Origin: Lytechinus pictus
Taxonomy: Eukaryota
DNA: 64,000 bases
Assembly: GCF_037042905.1 (NCBI RefSeq)
Contig: NC_087246.1
Location: 7,378,001-7,442,000, forward strand
Direction of reading: 5' to 3'
The position numbers and the translations under genes are program-made. Below the pieces are notes generated by a model. The model had not been told where the DNA came from. It ran no database searches and worked only from the letters and a program-made list of their open reading frames with translations. Positions 19,201 through 32,166 of the stretch are shown piece after piece (the stretch's first letter is position 1; each line of letters starts with the position of its first letter).

Positions 19201-22013
19201 GTTCAGTTGATAACTGTGTATATGTTGCTTCTCTTCCTTATTGTTGCAGTTGGAGAAAAAATCAAGTCTAGAATCCTTGTAAGTACGATGTTGATTGGTT
19301 CTTTTCAGTCCTATTCATTTATGGTGTAGAAAGGTGATTTGTAAGACATGATTTTCAACTTGCCCAAGAAGTGATTGTGATATGAGTATAGAGTGAGGGA
19401 GTGAAAATTGAAGAGTGAAAAGAAAACCTGCTTGTGATGTAATGAAAATATCAATCAACATGACTGTAGAATGAATAATGTAGTTCATACAAAGAAATTG
19501 TTGACATTTTTAAAGTTGTTGAATATTAAATTATCTGTGAAATTTGCTTTGGACAGAAAGTAGATTTATGATAATGCATTTAGTGAGAATTTTTTTTTTT
19601 ATTTCCTCTTATGTTATTTTTTATGTCTTGATTTTTTCTGTTATTTAAAAAAAAATATTTGCAAGACAGGATATGAAATAAAAATTCAGTACTGTTTGAT
19701 ATCCAGAAGGAACTAGTGCTAGAACTACTCTCAATTAGAGATGACATTCTTAATGAAATTGTATTTTAATTAGGTACTCAAAGCAGCTGATGATAGTGCA
19801 TCGCAGTACATGAACTTTATGAATGTCACCTTCACAGCACAGAAACAGGTAAAAAGTAGAAATTGATGAAACTTAGTTTTTGCCTTGTCTAATTATGTTC
19901 TATTTTATCTATTGCTGAGAGTCAAATGAATGAGAACATGATGAATTTTGCTATTCTGTCTTGATTGTTCACCAAGCACACACAAAAAAAAGTTGAGTTG
20001 ATATAATCAAGTAAAGTTGAGTAAAAAAAAATCATCAGTAATTTGTAATAATATGATTTTGAAATAAAATATTCTCTAGTTATATCTAACTGGATTTCTT
20101 CCCCTCTTCCCCTCTCTCTTTCTTTGTCTGTCTGTCCCTCCCTTCCCACCTTTCTCTTTCCCCCTATTTTGATATAGAACATTCCTATTGATGCATGTAT
20201 CCTTGATAAGGATTCTAGTCTCTTACAGCAGGCTTGTGATATTACAGGGGGAAAATATCTCAAAGTCCTTACAACAACAGGACTACTACAATACCTACTG
20301 GTGAGTCTAAGATGCAATCAATTAAGCAATTAAGCACAAGAAAGTTACAATTAGTAGTAAATATCTAGTGTATCTCAAAGACAGGTGTATCTCAGATATC
20401 ACTATATTGAGACATCACGCTTTTTCATTGGTTAAAGAAAGGTGGCCTACTGGGCACTGTAATACATACAATAACATTCAATCTTATGATTGAATTCTAA
20501 TAAAATGTGCTTTCTACTAGAAATTTTCCTGATTATTAAGCCAAATATTTCAAGTTTAATTTTCAATCTCATTGTTTTAAAAGCTCTGAAAATTGTACTG
20601 GAATAAACAGTCAGAAAGAGAATTTGAAGGAAAGGGGACTGTATCGTTTCATCTGAATTCATGTTTCATTTCCAGTGGGTGTATCTACCTTCTCCTAGCC
20701 TTAGAGAGAGCCTAGTCTTACCACCAGCCATCCATGTTGATTATAGGGCAGCATGTTTCTGCCATCGAACTCTAATTGATGTTGGTTATGTTTGTTCTGT
20801 CTGCCTTTCCAGTAAGTATCAATAGAAATCAAGGTGAATTGTTGATGGTTTATCAAAAAAGTTTTGAAATTAACCTCAAGTTATGGTTTGACTGTTTATA
20901 CCAAGAAAGGTTAAAGGGCCCACTGTTCACCTTCACTGTTGATAAAGGACGTAAAACCTGCAATAACCTGATGTTTAATGGTGTCCAATAGACTACATAA
21001 TGGCAGTTAAAGCATCATCATTTCGTTCAGTTAGCATTTTCTCTCTTACATACGAAAGGTTACCAATTCTCACATCATGATGTTATTCTCACTTATACTT
21101 CTTTATGTCTTTCCATGTAATCCTTGGTATTATTTTCCTCATATGCTGTCAACTTGATCACATGCTCTTTTCACAGGTTCATCCACTTCCTATGTGCATA
21201 GATCACATAAGGCATTATAATATGAAGAATTGAACCTGCTGGGGCCCGTAACACAAAGCTTTGTGATGATTGTAGAATATTTTTATATGGTTGATTGTAT
21301 TGACTACAATGAACAATAAGTTGTGTAAATCAAACGTACAATTAATTGCTAACCTTTGTGTTACAGGCCCCAGGATTGTGTCTTGTGTTTGAGAAGACAC
21401 TATTTGGGCCATGATGGTATTTAAGCTGAAAGTATTCTTGAATGCAGATAGGTCTAACAGTCTCTGTTTTCGGTTGTAGACTTTATCCGAAACCACATTC
21501 AGCATTTTAGTACATGAGTGTCTACGTATTCATTACACTTGTATTTTATCCTTTGGAAAAGACACAATTTGAATTCAGATATAATTACCGGTATTATTTC
21601 TAAAATTATTATTCCCATTGAAAATATTATAGTGGCTGCCGCTCTCGCTTATTTCTTCCATTCCGACCTCTACGTTAGGATGGTGCTCAGTCTGTGATGG
21701 ATCACATGAGCTTTTGCCTATTTCCATTTTTATCTTGATATTTTCCGTGCAGGCAGTTTCCAAGAGAATTATTATAATAAAAAAATGGAAGAAAAAGGCT
21801 CGCTATAGATTATTTGCATTTCATAAGGTTCATAAGGTTCATAAGGTAGTATTTATTGTCCAGATAAATAAATAAGTGGAAATTTGCATTTTTACATGGT
21901 ATTGAACATACATAACATAGCATAGAAAATGAACATATTTACAGAAAATCAAACAATCACATATAGTCAATTATGATATACACGTGCAAATGCTACCCAC
22001 TGGGTAGCAATTG

Positions 22014-22067
<54 letters not shown>

Positions 22068-25000
22068 GTTATTGACATTAAAATTAAGATTGAAATGGAA
22101 ATCTGAACTGAAAGGTAGATATCGGATATTGAATTGAAATTACATTAGAATTGTAATAAATCAGTACTGTAAATCTTCACAGCATTGTCCACTTGTAATT
22201 GTTATTGTTATCAGTATTTACATATTATTTTTATTTTCAATATTGTTGTTTTAAAGAATTAACATCAACTACCCGACAAGGTAAATTTACATTATTAGGC
22301 ATATCATTATTCTTATACAATCCCTTCCTCATTCAGCATTCGGATTGAGCTTGGCACGAATGAGTTTAAGAACCTATTTGTTCGACAACGTGCTGACCGT
22401 AGTCTATTACCAGATCTCATCCTTTCGTAGTTTACATTCAATGGGTGATCATTATTGTATAGTATCTCTTTTGCCTTTTCAAGTATTCTGTTTCGACATA
22501 CATCAGTGAGGTTTAGGTCGTGTCCTGTTATTTTTTCTGCTTGTCTGACCATTCTACTTAGTATATTCAGATCTTTTTTGCGACAGCTTGTGAACCAAAC
22601 CACACAATCAAATATGAGGATGCTTTCAATAAGTGATCTATAGAATAAAACCATTATGGTGCGGTCAACATGGAATGACTTCAATTTTCTTATGAAATAC
22701 ATCCGTTGTATTGCCTTCTTGTAAATTGAATTGCATTGATCTCCCCATTTTAATCCATCGTCAATAATGGTACCTAAGTATTTGAACTTATGAACTATTT
22801 CAATTTCCTCTTCATTGATTCTAACACGACAATTACTTGGTTCTACTTGTTTATTATTTCTAAAGTCAAATATCATTTCTTTGGTTTTTGTTGCATTGAG
22901 ATCTAAGAAATTGTCATTACACCAGTCGGTAAACCATTTTACACAGTTTAGATACTCAAGTTCACATTCCTTAATTAGACCAGGTCGTTGACAAGGGTCG
23001 TCTTGTCAAAATATATGACTAGGGGGTACACAGCAAAGAAAGACTCAGGGGTTAATGACTAAGATTTTAGTTTCATCGGCAAAAAGAAAAAGAAAACAAT
23101 GGTGCACTTTATTATTCAAATTATATATATATACAGCACTTGACTGAGTTGACTCACCACTGTTACAGATATATTGGACAATGTCTAATATTTATAGATA
23201 AGCTCTAAGATTTTTTATTATCAGAGAAATATAAAGACTAATTATTTAACTTTATTTTAAGCCTCCAAGTATTAAAAAGTTTCCTAATCTATCTGGCGTC
23301 TAGCTGGTGAATGGAAAATTCTATTTCCAGCTTCCCAGTCTCAAATTTGTTTCCATGTCTGTTAATTCCGGTGTCTATATGAAAAAGGTTGATTCCTATA
23401 CTGTTAAACCATTTATTTCAGGTTGCTTGCCCAAAATAATTATTAAGAAAATTTTTGTTTTCTCTTCGCCATTGAAGCTGAAATCTGAGTCATTGACCCG
23501 TGTCTTTCTTTGATATTCTGATTGCATTCTGTTACATGATGAATGATATGTCCAAAAACATTGCCATTTGTTTTCTTTCTTTATATTCTTCAGTTTTCTG
23601 CACCTATAGTCCCATCTGTTCAACATGCCAGTAAGTGTGTTTGGTTATTTTCCTTTCTTTTTCAACAGTTATTGAGATGCTAGAACAAAATAATTTGAAT
23701 TTAACTTAATTTGATTTGAATTACTAGAAAAGGTTTACTAGTAAAATTAGATGACAGCAAAAGGCCAAATTACATCTTTTTTAAAGAAGTAAAATACAAC
23801 ATGTATTGGTGATCATAACAAAAATGAAATTTTGATAATAGCACAATAGGTGACAGATCATGTTTGGTGAAGTACATAATGATTTCGAGAATTAAAAGAG
23901 AGGAAGTTATAAAGGTTAAAGTAAATTTGCCCCAGGGACCTCGCAAACAGTAAACTTTTATATTTTTACTCATATAATTTCATCAATAAAAGGAGAAAGT
24001 GATAATTGACATAATATTCTGCATTTGTATAGTGCATATTGGGAATATCTAAATGACCTTATGTGCTTTCAAAGGACTTTGGATATAATCATTACCCCGA
24101 CTGTCACTCTGACTTAAGCCTGGCAAGTCTTTATAAAGTGCATCCCACCCAAAACAAAACTAAGAATTATTAATGATTTATCATAACTTGACCTCAATTA
24201 CAATTACCTATCATTGTAAAGCGGAGAGTTTCCTCTTTCATCTACTTTACGCATGATTGAGTAGGAACAATTTGAAGAAATCATTAAAAAATATCACTTG
24301 GTGGACTGGACAGTATTAGAAATCATGTGTAGAAGTAGAATTTCTGTTCCTTTTAATGTTTAAGAAATAAAGTTATGCTTCTTTGAAATAATGCTTGTAC
24401 TCCCATAATTTCAATAAGAAATGTGTTTTCACTGATTGCTCACTGTTGCACAGTTGATATAAGACCTTATGCATGGCCAATCAATGAAATAAGTGTTGAG
24501 TAAATCAGACAGTGAGCTTATGAAATTGCATTATATTTGAGAAACTGAACTTTCCTTGGGAATTTTCTTTGAGGTATCAAAGTAATAGATATTGAGTGTT
24601 TTAGATATGTGATTTCTTGTTGAAGTTCAGATACTACCTGCCAAGTGACTTTTTGGTATCCTCCCTCCAAATGTTTACTTTAATACTCATGCATGGATAA
24701 GGAATCATGTAATAATATACCAAGTGAAAGAAGAAACTCCTAAGCTGTACAGTGATAGGCACCTGTCAATTGTATTTGTGATCGTTTGATAAATCATCAA
24801 TAATTTTTGGTTTTTCTTTTTCTGGAAAGACTACAGTTCACAAGCTTTTCTAGGAATTTATTCTTGTCAGGTACCCATTCACCTTACCGGGTCAAGTGAA
24901 GCACATAATGGATAAATTCCTTTCTAAAGGAACTAATACCATGGCTGGGATTCAAACGCATGACCCACATGTGTGTGTGTGTTTTATATACAAATTGAGA

Positions 25001-25199
25001 AGATAAACATTATTTTTTACTTAATTATGTTTACTTTGTCTCCAAACACCTACCCAATTTTGTGGTATGGACAACCACATTTGAGTTCATTGGTTTTTTT
25101 TATCTTTTCATTTCCCTCAGTACGGCCTTTAAGATCAAGGGTGCTCCTTCCAAGATGAAGAGGAAAAAGAAATCATCTGCTGTAACTTCTATAACATGA
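13248..25199 (+). CDS. GTF2H3: General transcription factor IIH subunit 3 (p34/Tfb4), about 311 aa. Coding exons 13248-13346, 14903-15018, 16059-16210, 17664-17723, 18153-18182, 19250-19278, 19774-19848, 20178-20300, 20676-20811, 23594-23630, 25121-25199.
   Basis: The spliced frame is continuous (936 nt): [26 protein letters not shown]...[18 protein letters not shown]...RFLYP...DGKYEVF...[15 protein letters not shown]...[37 protein letters not shown]...[16 protein letters not shown]...LLQYLLWVYLP...[44 protein letters not shown]...KRKKK. This is the vWA-like plus C4 zinc-finger layout of Tfb4. Confidence 0.96.
13470..13640. mobile_element. Small hairpin MITE
   Basis: TACCTCGGTCACATTTGCTCTA...TAGAGCAAATATGACCAAGGTA inverted ends. 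Confidence 0.65.
14234..14836. mobile_element. TTAA-flanked Kolobok-like non-autonomous element, copy 2
   Basis: TTAA|AGGTCAAGTCCAC...GTGGACTTGTCCT|TTAA. Confidence 0.8.
16540..16858. mobile_element. Palindromic MITE
   Basis: About 120-bp inverted arms (TGGTTTATGCA...GACGCCTGTTGCCATGGTT and AACCATGGCAACAGGCGTC...TGCATAAACCA). Confidence 0.7.
17724..18152 (+). other. U12-type (minor spliceosome) GT-AG intron of GTF2H3
   Basis: The 5' splice site GTATCCTTA matches the U12 consensus RTATCCTT. The 3' end lacks an adjacent polypyrimidine tract and has a branch-like TTTCTTAGT about 17 nt before the AG. This junction is required to join ...MALC/Y-IHR in frame. Confidence 0.85.
18576..18750. mobile_element. 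Harbinger-like hairpin MITE
   Basis: Inverted arms AAAGCTGTTCGTAAAGTTA / TAACTTACGAACAGCTTT. The end GAAACGGGCCCC is shared with 32627-33650. Confidence 0.65.
21241..21370. mobile_element. Harbinger-like mini MITE
   Basis: GGGGCCCGTAACACAAAG...CTTTGTGTTACAGGCCCC in a CWG context. Confidence 0.6.
21822..22985 (-). mobile_element. 5'-truncated non-LTR retrotransposon (Rex/Babar-like) with the intact C-terminal end of the RT ORF (22876-22313), in a GTF2H3 intron
   Basis: [20 protein letters not shown]...[14 protein letters not shown]...[16 protein letters not shown]...[10 protein letters not shown]...HPL...[18 protein letters not shown]. The 3' end has AATAAA followed by a tandem (CCTTATGAA)3 tail. 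Confidence 0.85.
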
Positions 25200-25779
25200 A
25201 ATGAACATGGGGGATCCATGGAATACATGAGTAACATTTCAGAAGAGCAATATACCGTATTCAAATGCACAGGAGTGGGTACTGGTCAACTGGAGACTAA
25301 TACGTATGAAAGAGACTCAGAGAGGGAGCCTTTTGTAGGACAACAACATCTTTGAATTTGGAATTTGTATAGTGAAGAGAATGACCAAGAAGACATAAAT
25401 TTCTTTGTGCAGAGGATTTGCTCAATTTCTTGCAACGGATGTATTTGTCATCCAAGAAAAATGTCTATTGATTCTGGACTACTGTGAAACATTTGAGTAC
25501 ACATACTTTGTATTGGCCAAAAATGCTGGATAATAATGATGGAGTCAGATGGACAGTTGTTGCCCTGCTACTAGATGGAGGAACAGAAAACTCATTCTTA
25601 TTATTGTTTTACAAGTTTGTGGAAACATATGGCTCTCAAAATCAGTTATTCATTTGACTCTTACAGTAAATTAAATCTTTGTTAATATAGTAAATGGAAT
25701 AATGTTGTGTTGTTTCTGACATATACAGTAAAAGGAGAGCAACAGTTAATGTTTACTGGAGAGACGATCAGTTACTTGT

Positions 25780-27085
25780 GATAATGGTGATGATGAGAAT
25801 AATGATTATGCTGGTGATGATGATGAGAGTAATGATTTGTGATAGTGGTGATGATGGTAGTGATGATGATGCTGGTAATAATGATAAAGATGATGGTAGT
25901 GAGAATGATGATATGCTATCGACAATGAAGACTGATAACAGTGATAATGATGGTGTTGATGATAGTGACAGTAATGATGATAACGGTGATAATGATGGTG
26001 TTGATAGTGATAATGATGATGATGATGGTGTTGATGATAGTGACAGTGATGATGATGGTGTTGATGATAGTGACAGTAATGATGATGATGATGATAGTGA
26101 CAGTGATGATGATGGTGTTGATGATAGTGACAGTAATGATGATGATGGTGTTGATGATAGTGACAGTGATGGTGTTGCTGATTAGTGACAGTAATGATGA
26201 TGATGATGATAGTGAAATTGATGATTATGATGGTGTTGATGATAGTGACGATAATTATGATATTGATGATAGTGACAGTGATGATGATGGTGTTGATGAT
26301 AGTGACAGTGATGATGGTGTTGCTGATTAGTGACAGTAATGATGATGGTGTTGAAAGCGACAGTGATGATTATGATGGTGTTGATAGTGACAGTAATGAT
26401 GATGGTGTTGATGATAGTGACAGTAATGATGATGATGGTGTTGATGATAGTGACAGTGATGAGGATGGTGTTGATGATAGTGACAGTAATGATGATGATG
26501 GTGTTGATGATAGTGACAGTGATGATGATGGTGTTGATGATAGTGACAGTGATGATGATGGTGTTGATGATAGTGACAGTAATGATGATGATGGTGTTGA
26601 TGATAGTGACAGTGATGATGATGGTGTTGATGATAGTGACAGTAATGATGATGATGGTGTTGATGATAGTGACAGTGATGATGATGGTGTTGATGATAGT
26701 GACAGTAATGATGATGATGGTGTTGATGATAGTGACAGTGATGATGATGGTGTTGATGATAGTGACAGTAATGATGATGATGGTGTTGATGATAGTGACA
26801 GTAATGATGATGGTGTTGATGATAGTGACAGTAATGATGATGGTGTTGATGATAGTGACAGTAATGATGATGGTGTTGATGATAGTGACAGTGATGATGA
26901 TGGTGTTGATGATAGTGACAGTAATGATGATGATGGTGTTGATGATAGTGACAGTGATGATGATGGTGTTGATGATAGTGACAGTAATGATGATGATATT
27001 GACATTAATGATGGTGTTGATAGTGACAGTATTGATGATAACACTGATGATGATGATGTTGATAGTGGTGATGATGATAGTAATA
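25780..27085. repeat. (GAT)n-derived minisatellite with a 30/33-bp unit GATGATGATGGTGTTGATGATAGTGACAGT(AAT)
   Basis: Directly visible. The core at about 26390-26995 is near-perfect and the flanks are degenerate. It accounts for all the low-complexity ORFs at 25778-27133. Confidence 0.95.
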
Positions 27086-27378
27086 GAGAGTTTTCGCACA
27101 GCGGCGGGGAATAAATCCTACGATGCAGCATAAATGCGTTGAAAATTAAGTCAAATCACAATGAAATCTTTGTCGAGGGACAGTAAATCGAAACTGCACT
27201 TTTGTCTGTGAGTCTGGACAAACGACATATTTGCAATTTTTCATCAGCTTTGAAACGTCACACGAAACTGCAGTTGTGATACACTGACCCCTGACAAAGA
27301 CTTAATTGTGATTTGACTTGCATTCAATACATTTGCTGCATGATAGGATTCATTCTACGCCGTTGTATGAAAACTCTG
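27085..27378. mobile_element. MITE with about 95-bp inverted arms inserted at the edge of the minisatellite
   Basis: AGAGTTTTCGCACAGCGGCG...AAGTCAAATCACAAT versus ATTGTGATTTGACTT...CGCCGTTGTATGAAAACTCT. Confidence 0.65.
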
Positions 27379-29769
27379 ATGATAATGTTAGTGTAGACAA
27401 TGTGTTCAGTGTTAAAACCTCACCCCTTTTAAGGAAGTTTCCTTACAGACTACACAACTAGTTCATGGATAGAGCTAATATATGCCCCATATGTTATGTT
27501 ATATAAAACAAACATTTCAATTTTTTAATGATTCACGATTCACGACTAAACCTTTTCTTTCCTTCAGGAGTGGGTGTAAAATAACTTGTCTTGTTGATAT
27601 ACTGAAGGTACAATCAAACCATTTTAAATTTATTGAGAAAATGAAATTTCGTTGATTTTTTTTACCATACAATATGTGGGGAAACTGTTCACATATGACA
27701 ACACAAAATAAACACAAATTTCAATAACTTTTTAAATTGATGGAAATTCCTCAAACCTTCACCAATGTTTTTTTATTATGCTCTCTGCTATTTTTACAAT
27801 AAACTTTTTATCAGTGTGAACTTCCCCTTTAAAAACCTGTCACAGCCAGTTGATCTTTATTTTAACCAGCAATTCTTTAAAAAAAAATCCAACATATCTA
27901 GCACCCTCAGTCAGTCTGCAAGCCCCTGTGTTAATGAGCAAGATTTATCCAAGTCCTCTCGTGGCTGAATTCATGTCCCTGCAAAATCTTGTGAATTGTG
28001 AGACTTTCTTTCTCAAAGAATTTAACCACTTTCTCCTTAAGTAATATTGATTATTTTTGTACCATGGGAAATAGTAAATGTTACTCTTTTATATTGGTTA
28101 TTTCTTTTGAATAAAATATTTTGATAAATAAGTGAATTTTTTACCTAAAAAGATGCATCAAAAATAATTTTCTTCCTCTGTTTTCACTTGCAAATTGTGC
28201 AACATTTTGTGTTTTAGGCACAAACATTATTTATATCATCAGAAAGCTCAAACCCTATACTTTCTTACAATGTCACTCTTGATACGTGGCATCTTTTAGA
28301 TGGGTCAGCAGCCAGCTTTTTCCATCAAGATGCAAGACAAGATTTCTGAAATTTCTGAGTAACGTAAAATCCAGAGTTCTGATTGGCTGAATAATGTTTT
28401 CAAAACAACAGGCGCAGGTAATTTGAAGAGATTACCACATGGTGAGTGTGACCTTGCAGAGGCCCAGTGTGGGGAACATTGGAATTTGCATGGGTGTGTG
28501 GTCTCTATGACCAATCAGAGCGCAGTATTCTTGTTTTTGAGCTGCTAAATCAATGTACTTGGCCTATGAAAAGCTGGCTGCTGACCCATCTAAAATACAT
28601 CTTCTTAAAAAAAATTATATCATATTAAAGCTTAGATCTTTAGCTTTATCATAATCTAAAAATCACTTGTGCTCAAACAGAAATTAAGTGTGAAAACAGC
28701 AACTTTTGTTGCATGAAAAAAATCATTTTGTTTCATGTTTTAGATCAAAAGTTTCCCTTATATTACAAAATCCTTTTAAAAATCTAAACACATGACCTGA
28801 AAGATTGATTCTTTTTCTTTACAAAGATACCAAAAACATGAAATTTGGTCAATATTTAGAGTAGCAATGGCCGAATAAAAAGAGGTGTTTTGGTCCGCAC
28901 CAAGCTCATTAACAATGCAAAAACCCTCTAGTCATGAATATCACTTGGATAAAAGAAGCTACTTTTTCAGGGCTTGCCGACTGACTGCCCTCTCTCACTG
29001 ATTTTCATATTTTCACTTTAAAACAGCTCTTTGACCATTTATTTTACAAATTTAGGGAATTGATATCAAGAAGCTACAGACAAAGATCATATCCTGACAT
29101 TTTTAGCCCAGTCAGTGCTTTGGAATAGATTTTATATCATGGAAAAAATCAAACAGATACTTTACTTTGATCACAGATCAAATTAAATTTTCATGTAAAA
29201 TTAAAAAATTTGTCCTGAAAAACACATTTTTATTTCATATCCTCCACATCATACCTGTTTTAGGGCATACAAATTCATATAATCTGGTAATGAATAGGAA
29301 AAGTGATAGTGACATTATGGGGAATTAACCGAAGCTTAAGACAGGGTTTAAACAAAAATACATCCTACAGCAAAGTAGATTGTTATCTTGAAGATATAAA
29401 TGACCTCTACATCTTAGAGAGTTTTTAAGAGACAACACATACACACATGTATTAAACATGAAATGAAACTACATGACTTGCATCATAACAAATGCAGTAT
29501 CAAGTTGTTTCATCCAAATCCCCACATTTGTGCAGAGCTCTAGCTCAATATATCACCCTACACGTAGTCTCCACTCATCAGCAAATGCTCGATCGCTCCA
29601 TAACCCATGCCCCGCAGCATAAAAGTTACTATTATGGTAACTTTGTCAGCCAATGGTAATGATGATCAACAGCCAATCAAAATCAAGGATTCCATGCAAG
29701 TTACCTTTGCACGGAAAATTTACCTTAATGGTAACTTTTGTGCAACAGGGCCCCGGAATTAAACACAGA

Positions 29770-30040
29770 TCGTAGATCATGCTTTTTCAGTCGTAGGATC
29801 AAAGCTTTGGAATCAACTACTTATCCAATTACACAAATCTTTCAAAACATTCATATCCAAACTGAAAACCTAGTACTTGTTCCTCTCTTAGTAATGATTG
29901 AATAGTGTATTGTGTTCAGGGGAATTCATATTTAAAAATTCTAATCTATCTCTAATATATAATTTACATATATTCACTTTCTTGATGCACCACGGGCACT
30001 GAAAGGTGGATCTGTGTGCTAAGTAGCTGGTATTATTATA
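29770..30040 (+). mobile_element. Degenerate 3' end of an L2-type LINE immediately downstream of the zinc-finger gene stop codon
   Basis: GATCATGCTTTTTCAGTCGTAGGATCAAAGCTTTGGAATCAACTA (D.AFSV.G.KLWN.L), followed by a TATTATTAT tail. Confidence 0.55.
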
Positions 30041-30068
30041 TAAATAGTGTAACTCTCATTAATTGAAG

Positions 30069-32166
30069 CTATCTCTTTGTAGTCCAAGGTCTGTCTTGTT
30101 CTCTGTGCCGGTTATATATTCTCATTGCTTTCTTGGATGGAACAAGTTTCTCACTCAGTCCTGCTCTTTCTTTTCTCCTCTTTCTTACAGTCTCTTCCTC
30201 CTCTTCTGCTCTTTGTCCCTCACTATCTTGATAATATCTATCCTGGAAGGGCGCCCCCATGTAGCCTCCACTTGCAGCACTAGGATAAGGTTCTTGATTT
30301 CCCCCAGTAAGCACCACGGGCTTATGATCAGCTCCATGAGAGAACTTACAAGTGTCTCCGAACCTACATTTTCCCTTCTGAAATTTAAAGCACATTTTTT
30401 TATTTCCTCTATCATCAGCACTCTCTGGCTTTTCTTGTTCCTTCAACTTCACATGCTTTTCGAGGATAGATAGTTGATCTTGTCTGGCTTGCTCAAAGGG
30501 ATTTGCAAAGACAGATAAACTGATGAGGTTCTTGGTTCCTTCAGAAGATTCTGATGATGAGAAACCTTGAGGCAAAGGCAAAGGACCGTTATCATCGCTT
30601 TCCTTCTCTACGTATTTTCCAATTGCAGTTTTCTTTAGAGATTGTTTAAACAAGTCTTTCTTCTGATAATCATCAGAGTCCGAGTCTGAGGTGTCTTGAC
30701 TTGTCAATAGATTCTGTTGTCTGTGGGATAAGAGAGAAAATGAATTCCTTTGGGTGAGACATTTCAGACATATCCTTCTGCCACCCCTATACCACTCATT
30801 CTATGTAAAAGCTTCACTGTAGCTTTGTTTTTCCCACCAACTATACACTTCTGTTGGACATTGAAATAAATTTCAGACTAATTTGTATTCAGATTCAATT
30901 ACCCATGACCTGGTGTATGCACACACGTTGCATAATAATTCACATTTCTGTGATCATTACAGTGAACCAATTTTAGAATTTAAAGTAAACAGCTCTATCA
31001 GAAAGAGAAAGATTTACAATTTCATGATGTACATCTAACTTTAGGAATGAAAATATATTTTAATATTGCTATAGATCTAGATTACAGCTAGTATAACAAA
31101 TATATTAAAATACCAGGCATAAATCTAAATTACGTTAATATGCCACTGGTCCATTCACTTGTGTTTATTTTGTTGGCCATTATGGCACAGATGACATAAT
31201 TAAACAACCCAATGATTTACTCAGCAAGCACATACACTCACACTCACCATACACACAAGGCCAAGAGGATTGAGAAGAGAGAGGTAACAAATACAAATAA
31301 TTTTTTTATTTATTTAAAAAGAGGCCAATATTTAGATCTAATTGCCAATATCGACTACTGCAATAACTTCTAATTTACTAGACAGGAATAACCGTCGTTT
31401 CTGGGGATTTATTCAACAATTTCTGACATTTTACTATAATCCTATGTATTGGTGAGTGAGCCAACGCAGTTCAGCGGAACAACCAAAATACAGAGACTGA
31501 AGCTTTTGGTCTACTAATTTACTTGCTAGACCCAAAGCTTCGGTCTCTGTATATCATGTTTGTTCCGCTGAACTATGTTGGCTTCTCTCAACCATAACCT
31601 CGTTCGTAGGTTGAGTGCTCTCACCAATGAATGGGGATGATAATAAAATGTCAGAAATTGTTAAATTCCAAGAAAGTGAGAAACAAACAACGGTTATTCC
31701 CGTCTCCATGGGCATGGTCTCCCGGACCTGTACTGTCTCTAAAACTTAGCTTGGATGTGTATTATTACTAATCTATTGGCATTGCTATTGGATGTACATA
31801 TTTAACCCTACCCCCTTTTTTTTCCTTGCTCCTTTTCTAGGTCATAGTCATAGACATGATAGAGACTAGAGCTTAGATGTTTTTTATTGCCAAAAATTCA
31901 AACTTGGCTAGCCTTAGAGTGTTCAGTGTACCCTACACAAAATTGAACATGTGGGATAATGTTATACAAATTCTACAAGACAATAGTCAGAAATCAAGAT
32001 CAATTTACATTTAATATCACAATTTGGCGAATTGCTCGCGAAAATGTTGTCATGGTACTTACTTTTCACTTTGTTTTTCTCGACGATAAATCGGAACCCT
32101 AGCTTCAGACTCCGATTCTGAGCCTGAAGAAGAAGCGTAGTCTGCTAGTGCTACAAGAGAATTCAT
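30069..32166 (-). CDS. Uncharacterised CCCH (C3H1) zinc-finger protein, about 251 aa. Exons 32166-32063 and 30720-30069.
   Basis: Exon 1 (MNSLVALADYASSSGSESES...) ends at a GTAAGT donor in phase 2 and joins the 212-codon ORF in frame at a CAG acceptor. The product has C-x7-C-x5-C-x3-H (CFKFQKGKCRFGDTCKFSH), an SVFANPF...LSILEKHVKL block, a basic NLS-like RKRRK and a C-terminal GLSEKLVPSKKAM. Confidence 0.88.
31379..31706. mobile_element. Two short copies of the TAGAC-ended MULE-like family in inverted orientation (31379-31513 and about 31527-31706)
   Basis: The first copy has the 9-bp TSD CTAATTTAC at 31370-31378 and 31514-31522. The second copy is a diverged reverse complement. Confidence 0.75.

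Noticed and set aside
20197-20205. Second U12 donor (GTATCCTTG)
   Set aside because: It lies inside a conserved coding exon (DACILD) that reads through in frame, so it is most likely a chance match.
22014-22064. Poly(A) tail of a processed pseudogene
   Set aside because: It lies within the 3' UTR of the minus-strand LINE, with no upstream mRNA-like sequence or TSD.
25778-27133. The long ORFs (Asp-rich, Met/Val-rich, Ile/Thr-rich, Ser/Leu-rich) as real genes
   Set aside because: All are reading frames of the same trinucleotide-based tandem repeat. There are frameshifts and no supporting gene structure.
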